A stretch of DNA of 64,000 nucleotides from a virus. This document shows positions 1 through 8,008 of this stretch, piece after piece (the first letter of the stretch is position 1; each line of letters starts with the position of its first letter). Under the pieces are notes generated by a model that saw only the letters and a list, made by a program, of their open reading frames with translations, ran no database searches and was not told where the DNA came from. The stretch is from IMG/VR virus record IMGVR_UViG_3300050821_003907, positions 96,001 through 160,000 of that record. The stretch is one strand, 5' to 3'. The position numbers and the translations under genes were made by a program.

Positions 1-35
1 TCTTGTCATCCGTCATCTAGGTGTATCCTGTAGGC

Positions 36-260
36 ATGCCCCGCAAGCACAAGTACAGCACCCTGAAAGCACTGGCAGCTGCCTATAAGTCGGGTGAGCT
101 TAGCGATGAGCCGCTGTGGCTTGACAACGATTGCGCTTTTGTTTACGTAAACGAAAATCCGGATGACGATGATTCAGGTGTAGCGGTATTCTATAGTGAC
201 CCGTACCAGATTATGTGCGAGGCGCTGGACTTGCTGGGAATCCCACACGAGGGGGTCTGA
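36..260 (+). CDS. hypothetical protein
   Basis: Acidic ORF; ATG at 36 lies 6 nt after TATCCT (24-29), a leaderless-type start; stop overlaps next ATG. Confidence 0.6.
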   Translation: MPRKHKYSTLKALAAAYKSGELSDEPLWLDNDCAFVYVNENPDDDDSGVAVFYSDPYQIMCEALDLLGIPHEGV

Positions 261-499
261 TGAATAATCCTAATTCTTTGTGCGTAAGGCTAAGGCTCTG
301 GCTAGCCCGTAAGCTGGACATCGGTCCTGACGCAGGCGAGGGCTGGTGCATCAAGTGCTCACTGCACGGAGGCAAGACGTTCATCACTTCCGCAGACGGC
401 ATAATGCCTCATGTCAGGCTAGACCATCATGGCGCTACAGTTACCGCTCGTACATCTGTGCCTGTATGCAAGAACGAGGACCCGGATGACCTGGTTTAA
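260..499 (+). CDS. hypothetical protein
   Basis: ATG overlaps upstream TGA (translational coupling). Confidence 0.5.
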   Translation: MNNPNSLCVRLRLWLARKLDIGPDAGEGWCIKCSLHGGKTFITSADGIMPHVRLDHHGATVTARTSVPVCKNEDPDDLV

Positions 500-746
500 T
501 AACGACTGTGTTCGCAGGGCTGTAGCCGCTGAAGTAATCTCACTAGGCATCGAGACAGACCCAGATTTTGAGAAGGCCCTGTACCAGGGCATCCGCGAAG
601 CTTTCATGGATTTCAACTGGCGAGATTACGGGCTTGACTACGTAGCGGAAACAATCGGTGACGCTGAGGAGTGGATGGATGCGCTAGGCAGCGAAGTGTT
701 CTATGCTGTTAAGTACACGACCGAATCCTGGAAGGAAAAGCAGTGA
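486..746 (+). CDS. hypothetical protein
   Basis: Acidic helical ORF; start set at internal ATG 486. Confidence 0.55.
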   Translation: MTWFNNDCVRRAVAAEVISLGIETDPDFEKALYQGIREAFMDFNWRDYGLDYVAETIGDAEEWMDALGSEVFYAVKYTTESWKEKQ

Positions 747-772
747 GCCGGGAATATTTGGGCTATTTGGGG

Positions 773-781
773 TGTTATAAT
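773..781 (+). promoter_or_regulatory. extended -10 promoter element (TGnTATAAT)
   Basis: TGTTATAAT directly upstream of GTG 786; no Shine-Dalgarno. Confidence 0.45.
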
Positions 782-785
782 TTCC

Positions 786-1928
786 GTGAATAATGCTCAA
801 AAATCCGCGCAGGCGGAGGCCAATTTTCGTGCTCGTGTCGCTGTACTCGGTGGAGAATGCTTGTACGAGCATTGGAAGGGTATTAAGGTCCCTCATCACG
901 TGAAGTGTGAAAATGGGCATAATTGCTATCCTTATCCGGGTAACTTGCGTCAGCCTAATAGAGGGCTGTGCGGTAGGTGCATAAGAGTTACCTCTGAGGA
1001 AGCTCATGCCGATTTTCGTAGGCGTATTACGGAATTGGGTGGTACGTGTCTTTTTGAGGTGTGGCTGGGTTCTAATACTCGGCATCACGTGCGTTGCAGT
1101 AACGGTCACGATTGCTATCCCTTGCCAGTTAGTGTGCGAAGTGGAAGTAGTCACCTGTGTAATAGCTGTACGGGCAGGGCGGCAGTAGCCGAAAGAGATT
1201 TTCGAGCACGAGTTGAAGAACTCGGTGGTGTTTGTATTTTTGTAGAATGGCTGGGGTCACAAGAAGGTCATCACGTTCGGTGCGCAGAAGGTCATGACTG
1301 TTATCCACTTCCTAATAAAGTTCAGCAGGGAGCAGGATTGTGCTTCACTTGTTCAGGGCTAGACCCAACAGTGGCGGAAGCTGTTTTTCGGACTCGTGTG
1401 CAGGAACTAGGTGGCACGTGTGTGTTTGATACGTGGGTTAATGCTCATACGGCGCTTCATATAGTATGCCGCGAAGGTCATGATTGCTTCCCTATCCCGA
1501 ATAACGTTCAGCAAGGTCAGGGTATTTGTTATCGATGCGCTGGACGTGAGTGGACAATTTTTTATGTAGTGCGTAATTCAAGAAGAGGCGCAGTAAAATT
1601 TGGTATTACAAGCAACGATGGCTCGGCTAGATTTCGTAGTCACAGGCGGGATGGTTATGACGAAGTGCTGCACTGGCAAACGCTTAGTGATGCTAAGCTC
1701 TTGGAGGATTACGTAAAAGAAGTTCTTGCTCAGCAAGGCTTTGCCCCCGTTAGGGGGCGAGAATATTTTCATGAAACGGCACTTGCGACTATCATAGGCA
1801 GTGTAGAGAAGTGGAATGCAGAATTGGCCCTTGAGAGGAACAGTCGTGTCTTATCGTTATGGGCGTTTGCCCGCACATCCGGAGAGCACTCATCCCCGTG
1901 TTCACCTAGCCGATTACATCCCCGCTGA
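786..1928 (+). CDS. putative homing endonuclease: four Cys/His zinc-binding repeats plus C-terminal GIY-YIG/T5orf172-like domain
   Basis: 4x motif FRxRVxELGGxC..W...HHVxCxxGHxC(Y/F)PxP...G.CxxC, then FYVV..VKFGITS..R..H..E...REYF; AT-richer than flanks. Confidence 0.7.
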   Translation: MNNAQKSAQAEANFRARVAVLGGECLYEHWKGIKVPHHVKCENGHNCYPYPGNLRQPNRGLCGRCIRVTSEEAHADFRRRITELGGTCLFEVWLGSNTRHHVRCSNGHDCYPLPVSVRSGSSHLCNSCTGRAAVAERDFRARVEELGGVCIFVEWLGSQEGHHVRCAEGHDCYPLPNKVQQGAGLCFTCSGLDPTVAEAVFRTRVQELGGTCVFDTWVNAHTALHIVCREGHDCFPIPNNVQQGQGICYRCAGREWTIFYVVRNSRRGAVKFGITSNDGSARFRSHRRDGYDEVLHWQTLSDAKLLEDYVKEVLAQQGFAPVRGREYFHETALATIIGSVEKWNAELALERNSRVLSLWAFARTSGEHSSPCSPSRLHPR

Positions 1929-2613
1929 GCTTCGTGCAGCAACCCTGCCGGGTACCATCGACTGGGCATCGCGCGTGTCCCAGTGGCCGATGTATGCCAA
2001 CGACAGTATTGGCGACTGCACTTGCGCGACTGTTGGTCACGAGATTCAGGCTTTCACGGCTTTCGCGAACAGCGAAGTAACGCTGCCGGTGGCCGATATC
2101 GTGGACCTTTACTCTCAGGTGTCTGGCTATAATCAGCAGACAGGTGCCAACGACAATGGCGCGGTTATCCAGGACGTTCTACAGTACTGGCACGACCATG
2201 GCGTAGCAGGACACAAGATTTCCGCTTTCGCCTCCGTCAACATCGCCAGCGTAACCGACATGCGCCTGGCGCTGCGGTGGTTTGGCAGTGTGTACCTTGG
2301 CGTCAACGTTCCGCAGTCCGCAGAGGACCAGTTCTCTGCGAACCAGCCGTGGACGGTTGACCCGAACGCTAACAACACCATTATCGGTGGCCACGCTATT
2401 CCGATTCAGGAGTGGGACCCGGCCTGGATGCGCATCGTGACCTGGGGCAAGCTCCAGGAGATGTCCTACCAGTGGTTCCAGTCTTACTGCGAGGAGGCTT
2501 GGGTAGTTATTACCCCCGACTTCCTGAAGAAGAGCGGCCTTGAGGCTTCGGGCGTTTCTCTTGCCCAGCTCACTGCTGACTTCAAGGCCCTTGGAGGCAA
2601 CTCTTACACGTAA
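1846..2613 (+). CDS. papain-like (C1-type) cysteine peptidase family protein
   Basis: NDSIGDCTCA (catalytic Cys), GGHAI (His) and VTWG; GAGAGG RBS before GTG 1846. Confidence 0.7.
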   Translation: MSYRYGRLPAHPESTHPRVHLADYIPAELRAATLPGTIDWASRVSQWPMYANDSIGDCTCATVGHEIQAFTAFANSEVTLPVADIVDLYSQVSGYNQQTGANDNGAVIQDVLQYWHDHGVAGHKISAFASVNIASVTDMRLALRWFGSVYLGVNVPQSAEDQFSANQPWTVDPNANNTIIGGHAIPIQEWDPAWMRIVTWGKLQEMSYQWFQSYCEEAWVVITPDFLKKSGLEASGVSLAQLTADFKALGGNSYT

Positions 2614-2624
2614 GGAGGCAGAAC

Positions 2625-2702
2625 ATGGTTACTGGCTGGCTGGCAGTCCTTATCGCTGTCGCTCTCATCCTGCTAATCATCTTTTTCGTCCGGCGTCTAT
2701 AG
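2625..2702 (+). CDS. 25-aa single-pass membrane peptide
   Basis: AAGGAGG RBS; MVTGWLAVLIAVALILLIIFFVRRL. Confidence 0.6.
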   Translation: MVTGWLAVLIAVALILLIIFFVRRL

Positions 2703-2706
2703 CGCT

Positions 2707-2740
2707 AAGGTCCCCGGAACAAGCCGGGGACCTTTTACTT
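2707..2740 (+). terminator. intrinsic terminator
   Basis: AAGGTCCCCGG-AACAAG-CCGGGGACCTT hairpin followed by T-run. Confidence 0.8.
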
Positions 2741-2758
2741 TACGGTATGCTTGCACGC

Positions 2759-2977
2759 ATGAAGTACTTCGTCAAGACTGTGCGCCTGCCACACCTGAAG
2801 CCGGGGGTGGACATGGTTGAATCGCTTGAACTGCACGAGAGCCAGCGTATTGTCAGTGTTGTAGGAGCATCGCCGCCGTTGGCCACGGATTCAAGCATTG
2901 AGCTTATCGTGCTAATCGAGGAGTCTCCTTACTTTGCCAGGGGTGGCCTAGTTCCGTACAGTGTAGGCCCATCTTAA
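2759..2977 (+). CDS. hypothetical protein
   Basis: ATG 7 nt after TATGCT (2746-2751), just after the terminator. Confidence 0.5.
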   Translation: MKYFVKTVRLPHLKPGVDMVESLELHESQRIVSVVGASPPLATDSSIELIVLIEESPYFARGGLVPYSVGPS

Positions 2978-3026
2978 ATATGGGACAGCTGCTAGACTGT
3001 ATTAAAACGCCACTTTAGGAGCTGTC

Positions 3027-5228
3027 GTGACTTACAACACCGTTACGCTGCAAGGCAACGTAATCTACACCAACGGTAGTGGTGACGTTGTCACGGTTAC
3101 GCTGATTCCTACGACATGGTATTACGACATCCCGAATGACACCATTGTCAATCCGCAGTCCCTTTCAGCTACGGCTAACTCTGCGGGTGCGTGGTCTATT
3201 GCCGGGATTATCGACCCGACACCTGACGGCTCAGGTATTCAGTGGACACTTACGGTCAAGGACGCTAACGGCACTACGGTGCTGTACAGTCAGCACGTGC
3301 AAATTGGGTACACTAACGGAGCCACGCAACAGTTCCTGGCGCTTGCCCCTTCGGTAGCTAATACCTCTTTGCTAACTGCCCTTCCCCTTCCGGCAGGCAC
3401 TGCCACAGCTGGGCAGGTTCCCCTTGCCGCAGGCAGTACATCTAATTCCACGTGGGGTAACAACACCGCATTCCTTAACGTCAAGACCATGTACGGTGCT
3501 AAGGGTGACACTAAGAATGTCACTGACGGGGCCATTACGGCCAGCAGCAAGACTCTCACTAGCGCTAGTGCTAACTTCACGTCAGCAGATGTTGGCAAGA
3601 CTGTCATAGTAGCGGGCGCAGGTGCATCAGGTAGTTTCACTACGCTAACCACGACTATCGCGGCTTATGTGTCTTCTACGTCTGTCACGCTTACCGCTGC
3701 TGCGACGAATACGGTTAGCAGTGCAGGCGTATGCTATGGTACTGATGATGTCAATGCTATCCAGAATGCAATTAATGACGCGCTGCTGGCAAGCGTGGGC
3801 ACCCCTAATAACACTAACGGCGCTACGGTTTACCTGCCGCCAGGCCGTTACCTGATAGCTAGCGCGGGCTTGCTTCCCGGTTACTACACCAGCGGGTCCA
3901 CAGTTGGCTACCCGGCTTCTACGGTTACCTTCCAGGGAGCTGACCTGTCCAGTACATCGCTAGTTGCGGGCAGTCAGTTCGTGTTTAACGGGATGATTGC
4001 GTATGGTCGCGGTGGTACGCACATCAACGTATGCCAGATGAATTTTTCAGACATCACGTTTGACGGTAACTGCGCTCAGGGCCTCGGGGGCGCACTGAAC
4101 ATTGACAATGCGGGTGGTGGCGGGCTTGTTGCACTGCCGTGGCCTGGCACGAGTGCCTACACAGGCGCAGGTCTCATAAACAATGTCCGTTCAGGCCGTT
4201 ACCACACGTTCATGCGCTGCAAGTTTTACCGGCCTACAGGCTACGGCTTCCAGCCGACAACAGGCATCAGGCTACTCGGTTGCGAGCTCATGAACATGGG
4301 GCAGTACAACACGGGAGCCGGTGGTTACGATAACCTGGGGTCGGGCCCGGCAGATGCTATTGTAATCGGCTGTAACTGGCACGATTCCAGCGGTAATTTT
4401 TGCGACTTCGTTTCAGGAACTCCCGGTGACTTCATCCGGATGATTATGATTGGCTGTACCAGCACTAACCACACCGCTGGAGGTGCCTGGGGCCTGGGCC
4501 AGGGGTCAGTATTCGTCGGCAACAGCCTGCAAAATAATACCGATGTAGGCTCTGCCGTGTTCTACGATGCGGGAACCGCAGCGGCAAACAGGAGCCGTAA
4601 TGTCGTTACGGGAAACGTGCTGGTTAACATGAACGGCACGGGAACCAATGCTTACGAAGCTTACTGGAACGGGCAGTACGGCGATATTTACACCGCAAAC
4701 TCCATCGGAGACGGCACGCTGGGCACTACTGTTCTTCTGGACAGCACGTCAGGCAATGTTAACAACCTTAACTACGAGCCAGCAGCACTTAATGCGTCTC
4801 TCACGAATGTGGCAATGCCAGGCGCAGGAGATGGTGTTTACACCAGGCTCACCACGTGGGGTAACTCTTCGAGCAGCGTCACGGTCAACATCGCTAACTC
4901 ATCAGGCAACATCTGCATTGCCTTGTATGCCCCGAACTCTACCGGAGGACCTGGTAACCGGATGGCCACTACGGGTTCGGTGGCTTCACCAGGAACAGGC
5001 TTGCAGACGATTAACTTTACCTCGACGGTTATACCCGGAGTAGGCTGGTGGATTGCCATTGCCGCCGATAATAACTCAGTTACATTCAAGGGCTTCGCCT
5101 CTAGTGCAGCTACTGCACCAGACGGGGACTCATATTGCTTCGCTGCTGCCAGCCAGATGCCGTTGCCTTCTACAGCTCCTGCCATTTCATCAGCTATAGC
5201 GCCGAACTTTGTGCTGTTGTCTGCGTAA
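3027..5228 (+). CDS. tailspike/tail fibre with pectate-lyase-like beta-helix (putative depolymerase)
   Basis: Thr/Ser/Gly/Asn-rich; GTDDVNAIQNAINDA..GATVYLPPGRYLI is the typical N-cap of a right-handed beta-helix; AGGAG RBS. Confidence 0.7.
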   Translation: MTYNTVTLQGNVIYTNGSGDVVTVTLIPTTWYYDIPNDTIVNPQSLSATANSAGAWSIAGIIDPTPDGSGIQWTLTVKDANGTTVLYSQHVQIGYTNGATQQFLALAPSVANTSLLTALPLPAGTATAGQVPLAAGSTSNSTWGNNTAFLNVKTMYGAKGDTKNVTDGAITASSKTLTSASANFTSADVGKTVIVAGAGASGSFTTLTTTIAAYVSSTSVTLTAAATNTVSSAGVCYGTDDVNAIQNAINDALLASVGTPNNTNGATVYLPPGRYLIASAGLLPGYYTSGSTVGYPASTVTFQGADLSSTSLVAGSQFVFNGMIAYGRGGTHINVCQMNFSDITFDGNCAQGLGGALNIDNAGGGGLVALPWPGTSAYTGAGLINNVRSGRYHTFMRCKFYRPTGYGFQPTTGIRLLGCELMNMGQYNTGAGGYDNLGSGPADAIVIGCNWHDSSGNFCDFVSGTPGDFIRMIMIGCTSTNHTAGGAWGLGQGSVFVGNSLQNNTDVGSAVFYDAGTAAANRSRNVVTGNVLVNMNGTGTNAYEAYWNGQYGDIYTANSIGDGTLGTTVLLDSTSGNVNNLNYEPAALNASLTNVAMPGAGDGVYTRLTTWGNSSSSVTVNIANSSGNICIALYAPNSTGGPGNRMATTGSVASPGTGLQTINFTSTVIPGVGWWIAIAADNNSVTFKGFASSAATAPDGDSYCFAAASQMPLPSTAPAISSAIAPNFVLLSA

Positions 5229-5314
5229 TAATTGACACATTAACTCTTCGCATGTAAGCTTTCACATACCACCTCGGGATGGACCTGAGGAGCAAGAACC
5301 CACGGAGGGTTATA

Positions 5315-6259
5315 ATGGCGCGAGCCGTCCCGCAGGTTGTACGGAAGTATGAGCAGGTTACCTATGAGCGTGAAGTGCTCGGTAATGAACCTGTCAAGGA
5401 ACATCGCGAACCCAAGCTCATCGATACCAAGATTGACGTCAATTTCTACCTGACTGAAGAAGAAGCCCAGCATCTTTATACCGCCCTGGAAATGGGCATT
5501 GATGCTATGGGTAAGGAAGTCAGGAATTATGGGACTCACCGGTCTATGGTGTTGCCTGGGCGTGAGCCGATTAGCTCCACCGCAGACTGGGATGGAGCAT
5601 TCAAGGCAGGCAAGTCTCTAGCAGACATTCTTTTTGACGCTCTCATCACAGCAGTGGAGCACCGGACGGTCGATGAGGAGCCGGAAGAGCCTAAGAAGAT
5701 ACCGGAAGACCTAATACTGTCTGAACTCCCATTCCGTTTGCTTGAATACTATGCTGGGCACCTAGGGCTAGGCGGTAATAGCAAGAACGGTCGAGAATTC
5801 CTTATCAGGGAAGCTGCTTTCGGACGTACCTTTATTGAAGACCACGTAGAAGAAGCAGAGACAGAGCTAGAATCACTAGGATTCCTGCAATGGGAAGTTG
5901 TACCTAACACACCTGAGGGTCTGATTCTTAAGGTCACTGATGCCGGGCGCGTGTTCTTGAAGGCATCTAAGGCGAATACAGTGAAGTCTTTTGCGCCTAT
6001 TAAGTGGAGGAATTACGACACTAATCTGCTAGGCGTAGGGCGTCCTGCGCACAAGGATTCCTGTACTGTCCAGGCTAATCACCACCTTCCTCATTGCGAG
6101 GCAGTAAATAAGTGTGATGCAAAAGCATGTACGTGTGCGGAGGCATTTCCGGAGCGTAATGTAGTGAAGTGGAAGGACCACACTGAGTGCTTTGAAGGCG
6201 GTGGCTGCTTTAAACTTACTCCTGAGCAGGAGAAGGCAGCAGTACACGACGATAAGTAG
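5315..6259 (+). CDS. hypothetical protein with possible winged-helix and Cys/His-rich C-terminus
   Basis: GGAGG RBS; LESLGFL...LKVTDAGR resembles a wHTH wing; C-terminal C/H clusters. Confidence 0.6.
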   Translation: MARAVPQVVRKYEQVTYEREVLGNEPVKEHREPKLIDTKIDVNFYLTEEEAQHLYTALEMGIDAMGKEVRNYGTHRSMVLPGREPISSTADWDGAFKAGKSLADILFDALITAVEHRTVDEEPEEPKKIPEDLILSELPFRLLEYYAGHLGLGGNSKNGREFLIREAAFGRTFIEDHVEEAETELESLGFLQWEVVPNTPEGLILKVTDAGRVFLKASKANTVKSFAPIKWRNYDTNLLGVGRPAHKDSCTVQANHHLPHCEAVNKCDAKACTCAEAFPERNVVKWKDHTECFEGGGCFKLTPEQEKAAVHDDK

Positions 6260-6303
6260 CAGACAACTTACTCTCTCCCTTGTGGTAGACTCGGTCCTAG
6301 CTC

Positions 6304-6912
6304 ATGAGGAGCACAAGGGAGAGAGTAAACAACATGAAGAATATTATTGTCAACACGTCCGCTAATGGCATGGACCATGTCACGCAAGGTGACTTCTGGA
6401 AGACCACAGCCACCAATGGCGCAGGTCTCGTAGCAGATATCTTCAAGAACCCAGATAAGCTAATGGCTACCTTTGCACACGTGACTGCGGTTAAGTTTGA
6501 GGATGAGCCAGCTCTCGGCGGAGGCGGCGGTGGAGCTATTCCATGGAAGGCATGGGAAGCTTCGTACGAGTACAGGTCTAGTGTAGGCGCTGAAACTAAA
6601 ACTGAGCCAGTAGCGAGTCAAGTGCAGTCTCTTGAAGATGAATGCCGCATTATAGGACTACCTACGTGGCGACTAACCGCACTCCACGAGGGTAATCCTG
6701 TCGTTAATGTATATACCCGCGAAAGTTGTGCGTCAGGGAATATGCTACACGTAGCTACAATCGTCGTTAAACCGGATGATGAGTTTAACATCACAGAAAA
6801 CGCAACGGCTGCTGGTAGTGTGCTTCGGACACACTACACCGACTTCACCAAGTTGGTAGTGGACCTTCTTGACGCCGCCCAAGCTATCAAGGACGCCGGG
6901 AATACCGAGTAG
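6304..6912 (+). CDS. hypothetical protein
   Basis: Long ORF; TAGACT -10 at 6286-6291; start may be 6334. Confidence 0.6.
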   Translation: MRSTRERVNNMKNIIVNTSANGMDHVTQGDFWKTTATNGAGLVADIFKNPDKLMATFAHVTAVKFEDEPALGGGGGGAIPWKAWEASYEYRSSVGAETKTEPVASQVQSLEDECRIIGLPTWRLTALHEGNPVVNVYTRESCASGNMLHVATIVVKPDDEFNITENATAAGSVLRTHYTDFTKLVVDLLDAAQAIKDAGNTE

Positions 6913-6933
6913 CCTGACAACGTTGTAGCGAGG

Positions 6934-7034
6934 GCAGGCGGGAGCAGAGTTCTCCAGCGGTCAAGAGGGCCGTACCCGCGCCACGCGGGATTTGTTTCTT
7001 ACGGGAGAGTTGAACTAGCTCTGCTCCCGCCTGC
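6934..7034 (+). ncRNA. candidate structured ncRNA (about 101 nt)
   Basis: Perfect 16-bp inverted repeat (6934-6949/7019-7034) enclosing further hairpins; intergenic; no U-tail. Confidence 0.45.
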
Positions 7035-7054
7035 ATCTGACCTAGGAGACCGGT

Positions 7055-7471
7055 TTGTCGGGGTTCATGACGCAGTACCTGCGGGGGGACGGGCGTCCTA
7101 CGCATGACCTGAGCAACCTGATGCTTGGCTATAATCCGGAAGTGCGTTATGACCGGGGATGCCGGTTGTCTGACATCGACGGGGTGCTGGATAGTCGCGG
7201 TAAGGTCTGCTTCGTGGAGATGAAGCATCCGCATGAGGGAAGTGACCGGGGCCAGAGGCGTCTGTACGAGGCGCTAGCGCGGCTAGGAGCGGTCATGGAG
7301 CTGACAGAGTACCCCGACAAGCAATGGGCTGGACGCGTCTTCTCGTTGCGCTGGGGCTTTGATTGGGTGCTGCCCGATGTGGCGGCTGTAGAGCAGTTCG
7401 GTTTTTACTGGGCTAAAGACGCTAACATTTACATCAGTCAGGGGAGTACCCCGGAGGGAGCATTGCCTTGA
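7055..7471 (+). CDS. putative PD-(D/E)xK nuclease
   Basis: SDIDGVL...FVEMK and GQ helix; AGGAGA RBS before TTG. Confidence 0.55.
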   Translation: MSGFMTQYLRGDGRPTHDLSNLMLGYNPEVRYDRGCRLSDIDGVLDSRGKVCFVEMKHPHEGSDRGQRRLYEALARLGAVMELTEYPDKQWAGRVFSLRWGFDWVLPDVAAVEQFGFYWAKDANIYISQGSTPEGALP

Positions 7472-7683
7472 GCATTACGCCTAAGATAATTCCTGAGGTC
7501 CTGTGTCCCTGCGGTAGAGCGATGATGCCCTGGAGCACTTGGCTGTGCCGGATATGCTATCTCGAAAAGGAGATAGGCTATGCCCTGTCGGAGCTTGAGC
7601 GCGGGGGAAACGCGCCTAGTTACGACCCTCCGAAGTCATGGCATGAACTGGGTATGGACCGGCTACGGAAGCTGCTAAGCTAG
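7468..7683 (+). CDS. hypothetical zinc-binding protein
   Basis: CPCG and CRIC pairs; overlaps upstream stop. Confidence 0.55.
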   Translation: MSITPKIIPEVLCPCGRAMMPWSTWLCRICYLEKEIGYALSELERGGNAPSYDPPKSWHELGMDRLRKLLS

Positions 7684-7687
7684 GTAG

Positions 7688-7933
7688 ATGAGCGAAAATG
7701 AATGGGACTACAAGCCCGTAACGGTGCCTGCTGAAAAGGCGCAGGATGTTGAGAACCAGGCTGACGAGTCTGTAGAAGAGCCTGACCTTGAGGCGGCATG
7801 GGAGGCTGAGCAGCCCCACCGGGATGCGCGTGATGCTGAGATGGAAGACATTCTCAATGCCCATCACTCAGCAGCGGACCACCACGTATCTGACCGGCAG
7901 CATCACGGTTCCTGGGGTCCTCACCATCATTAG
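7688..7933 (+). CDS. acidic protein with His-rich C-terminus
   Basis: HHSAADHHVSDRQHHGSWGPHHH tail. Confidence 0.6.
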   Translation: MSENEWDYKPVTVPAEKAQDVENQADESVEEPDLEAAWEAEQPHRDARDAEMEDILNAHHSAADHHVSDRQHHGSWGPHHH

Positions 7934-7957
7934 ATGAGTCTTCGCTCATCAGTTTTT
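7933..7957 (+). terminator. possible intrinsic terminator
   Basis: GATGAG-TCTTCG-CTCATC hairpin followed by AGTTTTT. Confidence 0.5.
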
Positions 7958-8008
7958 AAAGCCTTACCCTGATAAGGCAGCCCTTGCATCGCCACCTCTG
8001 GAGGACCC

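Noticed and set aside
7934-8008. B12 riboswitch upstream of nrdJ
   Set aside because: Only 75 nt containing two short hairpins; too short, with no conserved motifs
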